A DNA stretch of 57,161 nucleotides, taken from positions 1-57,161 of the forward strand of contig CALKDX010000002.1 of NCBI GenBank assembly GCA_938084455.1, written 5' to 3'. The notes under the pieces are model-generated. The model searched no databases and was not told the origin of the DNA. It was given only the letters and a program-made list of their open reading frames with translations. Position 1 is the first letter of the stretch, and the number at the start of each line of letters is the position of its first letter. Below, piece after piece: positions 10,401 through 19,543 of this stretch. The position numbers and the translations under genes are program-made. The DNA comes from Candidatus Poseidoniaceae archaeon. GTDB taxonomy: Archaea; Thermoplasmatota; Poseidoniia; Poseidoniales; Poseidoniaceae.

Positions 10401-10518
10401 CGGCACGGGCGCTGCTTTCGTCAACATCAATGGTTTCTTGCAACTCGGCGATGTCAATGCTAGAGAGTAGACTTAGCATCAACATGGCAACGAGAATCAT
10501 AGGGGTTGTTTTCTTCAT
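7435..10518 (-). CDS. Secreted acidic beta-rich (Ig/FN3-like) cell-surface protein with C-terminal TM anchor
   Basis: 1027 aa; signal peptide MKKTTPMILVAMLMLSLLS; GGAGG upstream; several N-x-S/T sequons; C-terminal TM (WTWGVIGGVVFAAFIVGAFIL) and tail SRGGEDDENKDWDY. Confidence 0.85.
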   Translation of the reverse strand: MKKTTPMILVAMLMLSLLSSIDIAELQETIDVDESSARAGADAEVIAITSPKETVCTQAGCRNTLNAGEATNFEAYIQNSGDVDITEMSYTVTVYLDDGSGGQSMIAKDAAGNDLQWQNTDVICGSASLCDFTSLAASGVLGGGKYILMYGGNPIVWTPMPGDYIVQITADTPSDVDAGNDAQTIEVSVVNWYDIQVDLSWDSGEAAESGPGVKAWTLSVLANGSDTFNPREVVIRLKAGGDVTGLTSTVDGDILGTAFHDVTVGTATTVETFTNVSTEPPAITNATRNVLAYNTEWTYTGELTFDSNKSDSTYELTAQLLSYTQYSQWDSCIETDPTTNETLNHICEEEFTQDSYPETNEDEILGSASTYHDIRVARMTVAQGYNADGTGNPTSMMSDDAPTDLNVGVSYFHVEVEHRGSDPSTNYAWDATLTVTDEAGESQTVVTNSCETGIEPAYTYKQLGTALYDSDGDGNPDQPGELTGYACMMVTLDSGEHTFSVDLELVHKDALDARPSNNDRTMTVDVRNNNPLILSLDLMNEGDLFTNQEEPLQLSAQVFDVDEPSGMGLEYAWTYSGAALPGCERSTTAQTCTIPVLDTYVLDFPISFTVYDSNGGSTSEEMMLFIWNNGGASATTDSGLSVSYALKYKAPDAFSLNATDADLSNYENKELPGYSGTYSAVGAIDYAPSTTYSASDVLEQSMDVTLPKSLEATSLWYVTDSGLWTLIVAEATDVDATTEMFAYDIPADSPVLSAGALVLMGGSLAQADVPDASITGFSAAAAKGGAIVLNWDVEGTMLDSDSIDVTICEGEAGCADAFTTGLGVGTSTFSYSGSNTVHGAYYNVLVEICNDVGCSTPKGVGNVTADKSVDGGVSAMNFAVSEVGETWVIDWDATGETFDVASWDVCYQRGTFDAANMPTTCASTTTTDVVIDKPTAAGTYTYYFTAVPVDALGNSAASAALNSIDYQRDADTSNVDDGTNVTGDVTAGEVPTWTWGVIGGVVFAAFIVGAFILSRGGEDDENKDWDY

Positions 10519-10756
10519 TTCAATACCTCCGATGGTTCGGTACTCTTATCCACGGCATGTGTCGTATTTATACTATAGGAACAATGTTTGCGTAACAGCG
10601 TTTGTAAACGAGTGCAATTTGGAGCATTGTCGGAGTCAGAAACCGAAGTTAATCACGGCACAGCGGTCCATTCTGAGGTTTTTTTTACCGTTTCAATGCC
10701 TTTGAAAATAAAAATTATTCGCCGCAGTCGATGAAAATCGAATTCAAAAAGCAACA

Positions 10757-13700
10757 TTATGATTCTCTGAGGGCCGCAGAAGGCGGTATCATCGAGGCTT
10801 TACGGATCGGATAAGCTGTCGCACAAATCACCAATGCCATCCCTCCTACGAGAACTGCCAAAATCGTCCCATAAGGCAATGTGAAGGCAGCACCTTGCCC
10901 CTCCCAGAACGTTTCATACAAGGCACGATGGAATCCAATCGCAATCAACGCACCGTTGATCATTCCAAACACAGCCACCCAAACGACTTCGATGGTGAAC
11001 GTGGCCATCACCATGCTTCGCCGATAACCGAGTGCACGCAGGATTCCGATTGTCTTTGTGCGTTCGGAGACCGAACGAACCGTCACAACCCCGATCCCAG
11101 CAATCCCTACAATCAGACCGAGCGCGAGGTAGGCTTCAAAGATGGCTAGCAAGGCAAGCACGAGCGATTGAATCACCATGACGTCCTTGGCAATAATTGA
11201 GATTTGAACTCCTTCGCTGTTCAGGGTGTTCTCAAGATCCTCTGCCAATTCAGCAGCTGCCGTTCGTGCATCTCCAGGTTTGCCCATTGGCGGCATGGAT
11301 TCATCCTCAACAAATTCCTCGCTGGATTGAGCCTCATCTTTGACGCTGACATACATTCGCGTCAATCGCCCATCGAATTGTTCCGAAGTCACATCATCTG
11401 AAATCCAGACGCCCGCAGAGAACAAATATGAGGATTGTTCCATGAACCCAGCAACCTTGACATCACGGGTGTTTCCGGGGTTTGAAATATCAATTAGTGA
11501 AATTGATTCCCCAATTGAAAAACTGAGCATCGATAGACCGCTACCATCTGCTACAGACTCGAGGCCAAATGAAGCGTCAACAAACACCAAATCATCCCTT
11601 GAACCAACCGTTATCCACGCTTCTCGCTGAGATTCACCAAGGCTTGGATCCCACTGGTACAATGGCAATCCCCCATGGGATGAAAAATTCTCATCAAAGC
11701 CCCTGAGAAGGTAGGGCATTCGATCGCCTTCGCCGTTTTCTAAAAACACTTGACTTCGTTCGATGCGAGCGACAGAATCAATGGACGATGCGACGGATGA
11801 GGTCAGATTCCATTCTGCGGGGTCATCAGGTAACTCGATTGGACGGGACATTGAACCTGTGAGGAGAAGTTCGTATTCACCCTCTGCGTCTTCAACGAAT
11901 GAACTGGAATAATTGTCAAATTGCTCGGCATACCCACCAAGGACCACCACCGAAAACACAGTGATTGAGAACATACCCATCACCACAGCCGTTCGAACCG
12001 GTGCTGCGAGTGGATGGGCGAGAGCAACTGGCAAGACAGGTCCAAATCGTTTTGTCAATCGCTTCGATTTTCCAAGCCGTCCAACAAGCAAGGGTGCTGC
12101 ACTTGTCAGCAAAAGTACACCAGCAAACACTTCCACAAGACCAAGCACGATGAACGACAATTCGTCAGGCGTCATCCCTTGGCGCACGGGATCGATGCCG
12201 TGCAGGCCAACGGTCCAAATCAACAAAGAAAGACCGAGCACACCCAATGTGTTTCTGCCTGCATGACGGTGAAGATTGGCCCATGCTTTGGAACGTGCCC
12301 GCAGGAAGGTTGGCACTTCCAGAGTCAGTGCTGGAACGAAGGCAATCAAAAAACAAACGCCAGACACAACCCAAGTGAAGTATGCAAAGGAACTTTCGAG
12401 ACCAACAACCGCCAAGACCGCAAGGCAAAGCGCCCCCGTTCCTGCAAAGAGCACCTGAATCAACACAAGAAGCCAAGACACCGACCCTGTAGAGGGTTCA
12501 CGACCACCCCTTAATGCCACCACAATATTGGTTCGTGCCGTCCACACAGCGGTGCACCAAAGGGTTAGCATTGCAAGTAAAAAGCCCCAAGCCCATCCAG
12601 CAAAAACGGAACCCAAGGTCCATTTGAAAACAAATTGACCAGATCCTACTGAACTGAACATTTGTTGGAACCCAATGCTGATGAACCATGCCAAACCAAG
12701 TCCAAGAATCGAACCAAGTGCAGCGGATACGCTACCTACAAGCCCCCCTTCCATCACGGCAAGTGCGCGTGCATCAGATTGTGATAATCCAATTGAACGG
12801 AGGGTGCCAAATTCACTTCTTCGTGCTTCTGCAAGCATCAGGACGATGGTGAGGACCAAAAGCACGCCTGCTGCGATTGTGAACGAACCAAACACAAGGA
12901 ACATTGCTGCAAGAACACCTGAAGATTCTGCAGCCATTGCCGCAGCCTCGATTTTTACCGCCTGTACATTGAGGTTGAGGTCTGAACCCGTCGCTTGTTC
13001 ATCAAACCAGGACTGAACCGTGATGGCAGTGCTGGAACTGTTTCCATCAAGAGATGTCAAAACAAGGAGATTTCGTTCATCTTCAGCGGCTGAGGCGAGG
13101 CGTTCTGCATCGGTCAAACTTACCAATCCTAGAACCACTCCGTCCAATTCAGAGAGGCCTTCTAACCCATCAACATCGGTGTAATATCCCGCGTTTGTCA
13201 ATCGATATGCCGTATCGTCACCAAAGGCGTAGGGAATCAATCCCTTCAGCCAAAAGTTCGCATCATCTTCTGGAAGATCCAGAACACTGAGCCGTTGACT
13301 GATCAGCATGGATGAATTTTCAACCTCGAAGGGTGCGTCTTGTCCGCCAAAGGCAAGCAGCAATTGAGGCATGGTTCCAAACCCACCCGCAGAAGAGAGA
13401 ACTGGCAATCTAATTGATTCGACAGTTTGGTCTTGTGCGTTCCAACGCAGCAGTCCCTCCTCAAAACTGCACCAGTGCTGAATGGGCGAAAAACCGCTCA
13501 CTGAGACGCTTCCATCGCAGCGTTGATGTTCAGGCACTGACGAGGTGCTTGGTACGAATGAAGGCCAGTTGTCTCCGTTGTAGACGCTGAACGTGCTGTT
13601 GAGATCAACCGTTTGGGATTCGTACCTTTCAATCGAAAGTAAGCCTTCAATTTCAAGGTAGAAACCATCGTCGATGAACAAATCAATGTTCAAAATTTTA

Positions 13701-15361
13701 GATGGAACATCCACGGCCAACAGTCGTTCTTGATGGGTGGAAAGATCGTGAGAAAAATGATGCAGGAGAAGCGCTTCATCATCAGCTTCAATTGCCCACC
13801 AGCCAGAGGAATCTGATACAAGGGTTCGCATTGAGGCGTCAGAGGAGTAGGATGCCCACTCCTCCGCATCGAGATCTTCTTCTGAGCCAATGACCAGGCC
13901 TCCTGCGTGAACTGCACCCCCCAATTGACCGTCAGATGAGAGTGTGAAATCATACAGTGCTCCCCCATCGGGGACCCTCCAAACCCATGCATCACCCAAT
14001 CCATCAATTTGGACACCGAAGCCGGAAGGACTCGAATGCCACAGCCCACGGGCTCCAACGACCAATTCATTCGGTTGGTTGTTTGCAAGCGTCAGCAATG
14101 ATTCATCTTCTAGGCTAAGATCAACCAAGGGTACTTGCAGGACTTCCATCATTGTATCAATGCCCAGAGAAGTTGTGTTTTCTCGCAAAGCCACCACATC
14201 CGTTCCTGCAAGACGCCCAAGGCCGGAAGTGGACGAAACACTGATGGTATCCGTTGAACCATCCACATCAAATTGTAAACCGATCGATTCAGCGGTCAGC
14301 GCATCATCAAGATGGAGTTCGAGCGCCTCAACAATCGATTCAATGCCTGCTGCGTGTTCATGGCTTGTTGCAACGGCATAGTGCAGGGTATTCACGCGGC
14401 CATCGAGTTGTTGCAAGCGTTGAGCGGTGTGAAGATCGGTAAACAAAGCAGGTGTCGAAGTCCCTGCTGCAGCGCCTTGACCAGTGTTTGCTACCACCTT
14501 CAAAACAGATGCATTGGCCGTTAGCCGTTGTCTTTGATTGTCATTTGTGACATACCAGCCCAACTCGATAGAATCACCCTCTGTGAGATTGAGTTCTGCC
14601 GCCAGCACAGCATTGACCACAACCATGAGTGGGCGTTCCGGGCCGTTTGTGGTTGCGATTTCAGCATAGCGAATCCCGTTTGAACCTCCGATACCAGGCC
14701 AGACTTCATTTTCGTCAATGAAGCCATCAAAGGCCAACCAAGTGATGCTGGGAAGGGATCGTTCCTGCCCCTCAACACTTACACCCGCAATGAGGCCTCT
14801 CTGTTGGCCGAGAAGTGTCTTGGAAAGTTGGAGGTCGGCCTGGGACTGATTCCAGATTGAAGAGCTCACATCCTCGCTTATCGTCACACGCTCCCCTGTT
14901 GAGAGATCAAATCCACCAATGGTGATGTCTGTTTCACCCCAAGCGCCCTCGACCTCGTATTGCACGGTCGCATCCAGTGAATCACCAACCACCAAGGAAG
15001 AGGTGATAATGGCAGAAGCAATGATGAGGCCGAGCATGAGCAAGGCTGCTTGGCGTTTGCGCCGCATTACAGTTTCACGAGCCAAACGCCAGACTACAAG
15101 CCGTTGAGGGATCAACAGTGGTTGGACAAAAACAAGAGAAATCACACCGAAGGAAATGGCTCCCACCAACCGAGTTGCCCCGTCAATCAACCACCAATCA
15201 AGAAGCAAAAAAGCGAGTATTGTGTCTGCAACTGGCACACCGATAAGGGCGAGCAAGCGTATGCTGGAGGTCGAATGAGCACGCCAAAGGCTCCACGCTG
15301 AAACCGTTGCCAAGAAGGCAACAATCATCACAACGAGAGCCAGTGGGAGGAGCAGATTCAT
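10757..15361 (-). CDS. ABC transporter permease, FtsX/MacB family (tandem-duplicated, very large extracellular insert)
   Basis: 1534 aa; two FtsX-type motifs (EARRSEFGTLRSIGLS and SERTKTIGILRALGYRR); multiple TM clusters; overlaps the ATPase stop (ATGA). Confidence 0.88.
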   Translation of the reverse strand: MNLLLPLALVVMIVAFLATVSAWSLWRAHSTSSIRLLALIGVPVADTILAFLLLDWWLIDGATRLVGAISFGVISLVFVQPLLIPQRLVVWRLARETVMRRKRQAALLMLGLIIASAIITSSLVVGDSLDATVQYEVEGAWGETDITIGGFDLSTGERVTISEDVSSSIWNQSQADLQLSKTLLGQQRGLIAGVSVEGQERSLPSITWLAFDGFIDENEVWPGIGGSNGIRYAEIATTNGPERPLMVVVNAVLAAELNLTEGDSIELGWYVTNDNQRQRLTANASVLKVVANTGQGAAAGTSTPALFTDLHTAQRLQQLDGRVNTLHYAVATSHEHAAGIESIVEALELHLDDALTAESIGLQFDVDGSTDTISVSSTSGLGRLAGTDVVALRENTTSLGIDTMMEVLQVPLVDLSLEDESLLTLANNQPNELVVGARGLWHSSPSGFGVQIDGLGDAWVWRVPDGGALYDFTLSSDGQLGGAVHAGGLVIGSEEDLDAEEWASYSSDASMRTLVSDSSGWWAIEADDEALLLHHFSHDLSTHQERLLAVDVPSKILNIDLFIDDGFYLEIEGLLSIERYESQTVDLNSTFSVYNGDNWPSFVPSTSSVPEHQRCDGSVSVSGFSPIQHWCSFEEGLLRWNAQDQTVESIRLPVLSSAGGFGTMPQLLLAFGGQDAPFEVENSSMLISQRLSVLDLPEDDANFWLKGLIPYAFGDDTAYRLTNAGYYTDVDGLEGLSELDGVVLGLVSLTDAERLASAAEDERNLLVLTSLDGNSSSTAITVQSWFDEQATGSDLNLNVQAVKIEAAAMAAESSGVLAAMFLVFGSFTIAAGVLLVLTIVLMLAEARRSEFGTLRSIGLSQSDARALAVMEGGLVGSVSAALGSILGLGLAWFISIGFQQMFSSVGSGQFVFKWTLGSVFAGWAWGFLLAMLTLWCTAVWTARTNIVVALRGGREPSTGSVSWLLVLIQVLFAGTGALCLAVLAVVGLESSFAYFTWVVSGVCFLIAFVPALTLEVPTFLRARSKAWANLHRHAGRNTLGVLGLSLLIWTVGLHGIDPVRQGMTPDELSFIVLGLVEVFAGVLLLTSAAPLLVGRLGKSKRLTKRFGPVLPVALAHPLAAPVRTAVVMGMFSITVFSVVVLGGYAEQFDNYSSSFVEDAEGEYELLLTGSMSRPIELPDDPAEWNLTSSVASSIDSVARIERSQVFLENGEGDRMPYLLRGFDENFSSHGGLPLYQWDPSLGESQREAWITVGSRDDLVFVDASFGLESVADGSGLSMLSFSIGESISLIDISNPGNTRDVKVAGFMEQSSYLFSAGVWISDDVTSEQFDGRLTRMYVSVKDEAQSSEEFVEDESMPPMGKPGDARTAAAELAEDLENTLNSEGVQISIIAKDVMVIQSLVLALLAIFEAYLALGLIVGIAGIGVVTVRSVSERTKTIGILRALGYRRSMVMATFTIEVVWVAVFGMINGALIAIGFHRALYETFWEGQGAAFTLPYGTILAVLVGGMALVICATAYPIRKASMIPPSAALRES

Positions 15362-16056
15362 TCCTCCTCAGCCTGCATTGGGTCACCGATGATCAACCCG
15401 TCTTCCATCTGGAGGACACGATCGCAGAGTTCGGCAATTCTAGCATCGTGAGTCACGATGAGAAATGTCGTTTGATGTTCCTCGTTGATTCGTTTTAGGA
15501 GCGCTAGGACTTCTTCGGAAGTTTTCGAATCAAGGTTCCCTGTAGGTTCATCACACAGGATAACCGCTGGGCGGTGAACCACTGCACGAGCAACAGCAAC
15601 CCGCTGTTGCTGGCCACCAGAGAGTTCTGCGGGCCGATGTTGGCTGCGTTCAGCCAAACCGACGTCCGTGAGGGCCTGCATGGCACGCGACCGAGCCTCG
15701 CTCGCAGCAACCCCAAGCAAAAGCAAGGGCAATTCCACATTCTCCACCGCCGAGAGGACAGGCAGGAGATTGAAATCTTGGAAAATAAATCCGAGGTAAT
15801 TGGAACGCATTGTCGTTCTTTCATTGTCACTGACACCAAACAGAGGTCTGCCATCTACGAACACATCACCTGCACTCGGGACATCAATCCCACTCAGCAC
15901 ATTGAGCAGGGTGGTTTTGCCGCATCCCGATGGCCCCATGATCGCCACCATTTCACCAACCTTCAGAGTGACATCGACGCCCCGAACCGCTTCAACGGTT
16001 GAGGTCCCGGAAGCATAGAGTTTCCATACACCAGTGGCTTGCATTGAGGTGCTCAT
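15358..16056 (-). CDS. ABC transporter ATP-binding protein, LolD/MacB family
   Basis: Walker A GPSGCGKT, signature LSGGQQQRV, Walker B ILCDEPTGNLD, H-loop VTHD. Confidence 0.95.
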   Translation of the reverse strand: MSTSMQATGVWKLYASGTSTVEAVRGVDVTLKVGEMVAIMGPSGCGKTTLLNVLSGIDVPSAGDVFVDGRPLFGVSDNERTTMRSNYLGFIFQDFNLLPVLSAVENVELPLLLLGVAASEARSRAMQALTDVGLAERSQHRPAELSGGQQQRVAVARAVVHRPAVILCDEPTGNLDSKTSEEVLALLKRINEEHQTTFLIVTHDARIAELCDRVLQMEDGLIIGDPMQAEEE

Positions 16057-16078
16057 GCCTCTTGGACAACCGAGTGCG

Positions 16079-16086
16079 TTGATAAA
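16079..16086. promoter_or_regulatory. Putative bidirectional TATA-like box (TTGATAAA / TTTATCAA)
   Basis: Exactly 22 nt from both divergent start codons (16056 on minus, 16109 on plus). Confidence 0.6.
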
Positions 16087-16108
16087 CTACCGCTTAGAAC
16101 CCACCAAC

Positions 16109-16360
16109 ATGGACGATGATGGCCAAGGATCTGTTCGTGTCATTGTCTTCGGACCTTTGATTGATGTGCTTGGCTCTCGTAGTCACAAGGTCCCAATTGG
16201 AAACAACACAAGCATCGAAGACATCCTCGTTTACTTAGAGATCGGAGATTGGATTGCAAAAGGGATTACGGTCGCATTGAACAACGAACGATGCCCTATG
16301 GACATTCATCCCTCAAACGGTGATGAAATTGCAGTGTTACCCCCTGTATCTGGTGGATGA
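16109..16360 (+). CDS. MoaD/ThiS-family ubiquitin-like small archaeal modifier protein (SAMP)
   Basis: 83 aa; VRVIVFGPL...GDEIAVLPPVSGG with C-terminal diglycine; start moved to the ATG at 16109. Confidence 0.9.
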   Translation: MDDDGQGSVRVIVFGPLIDVLGSRSHKVPIGNNTSIEDILVYLEIGDWIAKGITVALNNERCPMDIHPSNGDEIAVLPPVSGG

Positions 16361-16432
16361 ACACCACCCCAAGTCCCACTGAAGCCGAAGCCTTGAACAG
16401 CACCGGCCTCCACCCCGACTCGAGGAAGCAGC

Positions 16433-16747
16433 ATGATAGGTGGCTTGGGTCCGTTGGAAATGTTCATTTTGGTCGGGATTTTCTTTGTCCTTTTTGGAGC
16501 AGAGCGCTTACCAAAAATGGCCAATGCATTGGGACGTTCCAAAGGTGAGTTTCAGAAAGGGCTTGCAGATACATCTCGTGCACTTGACCCATCAAAGGCC
16601 ATCGAAGACATGGAAGCTGGGGGACGAACTGCCGAACAACGCTTGTTCGAGCGAGCCAAGGCTGTTGGCATTGAACCCGCTGGGATGGAGATGGGGCAAC
16701 TGGAGAAGAAAGTCGAAGCCCTTGAGGCACTTTCCTCCGACGAATGA
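16433..16747 (+). CDS. tatA: Twin-arginine translocase TatA/TatE subunit
   Basis: GPLEMFILVGIFFVLFGAERLPKMANALGRSKGEFQKG: TM helix, FG hinge and amphipathic helix. Confidence 0.92.
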   Translation: MIGGLGPLEMFILVGIFFVLFGAERLPKMANALGRSKGEFQKGLADTSRALDPSKAIEDMEAGGRTAEQRLFERAKAVGIEPAGMEMGQLEKKVEALEALSSDE

Positions 16748-16749
16748 GT

Positions 16750-17244
16750 TCATCTGGCTCGCTTGATGTTCATCGGCGAACCGCAAATGTCACACTCGGC
16801 CACCGTTCCCTTTTTCGAACGATCAACATTTGCAGGCACCGGCGTTGTAGCCCTGCACCCTGTACACCGTAATTCCCAACGCCATACCTTTTTTGCACCA
16901 ACAGTACCAACAGACTGCGTGTTTAAATTCATTGACTGCATAACATTTTGGAGACGGTAATCGTCTGTGACAAGGGTTACATTAAGGGCAAGAGCGAGAG
17001 ACAGAACATCCAAATCGACGTCCGAAAGGCGCGGTAGGTCTCCACTTGCGGCTGCCGCTTCTCTGCCGCCTTCCAACCAACCGGGTGGGACATCGCGCCA
17101 TTGAATGGTGTCAAGGCTCTCGATCAAGAGGGAGCGTTGCGGGCTAACGCGTTCCAATTCTGCCTGTTGGCTGAAAGCGCATACGCCATCGGCCAATTGG
17201 TCAACAGGCCAATGAAGCAAAGCCGCCGTATCAAGCACCCGCAT
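16750..17244 (-). CDS. nob1: NOB1-family PIN endonuclease (rRNA maturation)
   Basis: VLDTAALL, LSDVDLDVL, TDDYRLQN PIN motifs plus CTGC...CDICG zinc ribbon. Confidence 0.9.
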   Translation of the reverse strand: MRVLDTAALLHWPVDQLADGVCAFSQQAELERVSPQRSLLIESLDTIQWRDVPPGWLEGGREAAAASGDLPRLSDVDLDVLSLALALNVTLVTDDYRLQNVMQSMNLNTQSVGTVGAKKVWRWELRCTGCRATTPVPANVDRSKKGTVAECDICGSPMNIKRAR

Positions 17245-17324
17245 GTAGTGTACGACCGAAGAACATACTCAATGAACTCACCGCTCGCCCACATCTTCAT
17301 ATCGAAGTGCATCGAGTCGGCAGC

Positions 17325-17933
17325 ATGACATGGAAGGAGGCAATTGTGGACGCCTTCGATGTCTTTGGCCCGGCAAGTTTGGCGATGGTTTCACTGACAG
17401 AGGCCATCATTCAACCAGTCCCCCCAGATGTGGTTTACATCCCTCTGCTGCTGAATGAAATGGGCAACCTGAATGTCGTCGTTTGGTTGTGGCTTGTCGT
17501 CACCCTTTCATCGGTCGCTGGATCATTCATTGGCTACCTAATTGGCCAACGTTGGGGGCGAACGCTCATCCAAAAATTTGGTTCAAGCGCCCACGTCGAG
17601 AAAATCGAGGCACTCACTCAACGCTACGGTACGTTTGGGATCTTTATCGCCGCATTTTCCCCAATTCCATACAAGGTGTTTGGCTGGATTGCGGGAATGG
17701 GTGAGATGGAAAAGCGCCCGTTCATTGCCGCCGGTTTGGCAGGGCGTGGCCTGCGATTTGGTCTTGAAGCAGTTTTGATTGGCATCTATGGCAGCCAAGC
17801 CTATGATGCCTTGATGTGGTTCTTGGACAATGAAATTCTCCTCGGAGTCCTTCTCATTGTCCTTGGATGTGTGGCCTTCATCAGCCTACGCTGGTGGAAC
17901 AACTTGAATGTTGAAAGCAAGCCACAAGCCTGA
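17325..17933 (+). CDS. YqaA/DedA (VTT, SNARE-associated) membrane protein
   Basis: SLTEAIIQPVPPD, SVAGSFIGYLIG, AAFSPIPYKVF, GRGLRF motifs. Confidence 0.88.
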   Translation: MTWKEAIVDAFDVFGPASLAMVSLTEAIIQPVPPDVVYIPLLLNEMGNLNVVVWLWLVVTLSSVAGSFIGYLIGQRWGRTLIQKFGSSAHVEKIEALTQRYGTFGIFIAAFSPIPYKVFGWIAGMGEMEKRPFIAAGLAGRGLRFGLEAVLIGIYGSQAYDALMWFLDNEILLGVLLIVLGCVAFISLRWWNNLNVESKPQA

Positions 17934-18011
17934 CTGCTGCTCCAAGAGGTGCAAAGCGGCGAACGCATGCGAGCGAATCATTATCAAGGGGTGGTCGGTG
18001 GCTTGGCTGTC

Positions 18012-18086
18012 GCTCGTGTGGTGTAGCTAGGTCCATCATAGTGGGTTTTCATCCCGCCGACCCGGGTTCGAATCCCGGCACGAGCA
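18012..18086 (+). tRNA. tRNA-Glu (anticodon UUC), intron-less, CCA not encoded
   Basis: Acceptor stem GCTCGTG/CACGAGC plus discriminator A; anticodon arm GTGGG-TTTTCAT-CCCGC; T-arm CCGGG-TTCGAAT-CCCGG; followed by TTTT. Confidence 0.95.
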
Positions 18087-18158
18087 TTTTGACAAAAAAT
18101 AGGCTCTGAGTTGCCTCTTTGGAAATATTTTTCCGGTCGAATATCCATCGGCCACCAG

Positions 18159-19001
18159 TCAGGCAAGTGTGCCATTTTGATAATCCGTCACCGCTTGATG
18201 AATTTCTTCACGGGTGTTCATGACAAATGGACCGTATCGTGCGATTGGCTCCCCGAGTTCAGGTCCCGCTAGAATCAAAAATTCTGCATCGCCATCTCGT
18301 GCTTCAAACAGCACCTCGTCGCCATCCGTCATCAGTGCCAACTGTCCGTCTTGAACTGCACGACCGTCCAAGTGAACCGTCCCGCCAAAAACGTAAATCA
18401 TCCCGTTGAGTCCTGATTTGATGGATTGAACGTGAGATGAACCATGATCCATTTTCATGTGGAGATAGGTGATTGGGATAACCGTGTCAATCACGGCTTT
18501 GACGCCCATAGTTTCTCCCGCTATGACGTTCGCCCACACACTGCCATCTTCGGACCGTACACTTGGAATGTCTTTGGCTGGAATGTCTTGGTACCGGGGT
18601 GCCATCATTTTGTCCTTCGCTGGAAGATTTACCCATATCTGGAACCCATGAGTGGTCCCACCTGTTTTGTAGAATTCCTCCTGAGGCAATTCCGAATGAA
18701 TAATACCGCGCCCAGCCGTCATCCACTGAACGTCTCCGGGATTCAAATCGCCTTTGTTACCCGCACTGTCACGATGTTGCATCGCACCTTGAAGCATGTA
18801 GGTGACCGTTTCAAACCCGCGGTGAGGGTGATCTGGTGCACCGATTGCTGAATATGGATCCCAATGAACTGGACCCATCTCATCAAGAAGCAGGAAGGGG
18901 CTCATCAGCGAGCCCATTGCAGCCGGGCGGCGGACAGGGAAGCCCCCTCCTTCGAGAACGGTGTGAGTTGGAACTGTAGTTTTCAGTGTTCTTCGCTTCA
19001 T
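18159..19001 (-). CDS. Pirin family protein
   Basis: PFLLLDE, HPHRGFETVTY, QWMTAGRGIIHSE, GPFVMNT. Confidence 0.95.
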   Translation of the reverse strand: MKRRTLKTTVPTHTVLEGGGFPVRRPAAMGSLMSPFLLLDEMGPVHWDPYSAIGAPDHPHRGFETVTYMLQGAMQHRDSAGNKGDLNPGDVQWMTAGRGIIHSELPQEEFYKTGGTTHGFQIWVNLPAKDKMMAPRYQDIPAKDIPSVRSEDGSVWANVIAGETMGVKAVIDTVIPITYLHMKMDHGSSHVQSIKSGLNGMIYVFGGTVHLDGRAVQDGQLALMTDGDEVLFEARDGDAEFLILAGPELGEPIARYGPFVMNTREEIHQAVTDYQNGTLA

Positions 19002-19495
19002 GCAATCACTCCTTCAACAAGTGCTTCAATGGTTTTGAGGTTGATGGGCTTGCTTGAATTGACGATCGCCACTCGACCCAGAACATTCGCTCCAAGGTGA
19101 GAAAATTGAATGCGCATCGAGGTCATCAAGTTGTGCCCTCCCCCACCACTGTGGGTGGCTAAGGCGACGAACTTCCCGTTGAAGTGTTCACGGAAGTCCT
19201 CAGTGCTTGTTGAAAGCCATGCTATGAAATTGTTCAGGACAGGCGGCATCGAACCATTGTACTCTGGAGCGCAAACTATGAGCCCCTTTGCGGCTTTGAT
19301 CTCGTTAGATGCAGTTTTGAAGCCTGGCATTTCAATCCCCTTTTCTTCTTGCTCCGTGGTGTACATTGGAAGGTCTAAATCACAAAGATGAAGCGTGCTG
19401 AATGGAATGCTTTTCGAAGCAAGTTGTTGCTCAAACGCCTTGGCAAGTGCTACGTTCTTTCCTGATGAGGCCACGAGGATGGTCACGCTGTCCAT
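18998..19495 (-). CDS. NADPH-dependent FMN reductase
   Basis: APEYNGSMPPVLNNFIAWLS and SGGGG motifs; overlaps pirin start by 4 nt. Confidence 0.9.
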   Translation of the reverse strand: MDSVTILVASSGKNVALAKAFEQQLASKSIPFSTLHLCDLDLPMYTTEQEEKGIEMPGFKTASNEIKAAKGLIVCAPEYNGSMPPVLNNFIAWLSTSTEDFREHFNGKFVALATHSGGGGHNLMTSMRIQFSHLGANVLGRVAIVNSSKPINLKTIEALVEGVIA

Positions 19496-19543
19496 GTTGC
19501 AACGAGTGACTGGTCCTTCTTCAACACAGGGGTATCAAATGAA

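Noticed and set aside
16109-17244. SAMP and PIN nuclease as a ubiquitin-like defence or toxin-antitoxin system
   Set aside because: The PIN protein has the NOB1 zinc ribbon (housekeeping), tatA lies between them, and there are no E1/E2/JAB genes nearby
18012-19495. tRNA-Glu as an integration site for an island carrying pirin and FMN reductase
   Set aside because: No integrase, and I saw no duplicated tRNA 3' end in the window (checked by eye only)
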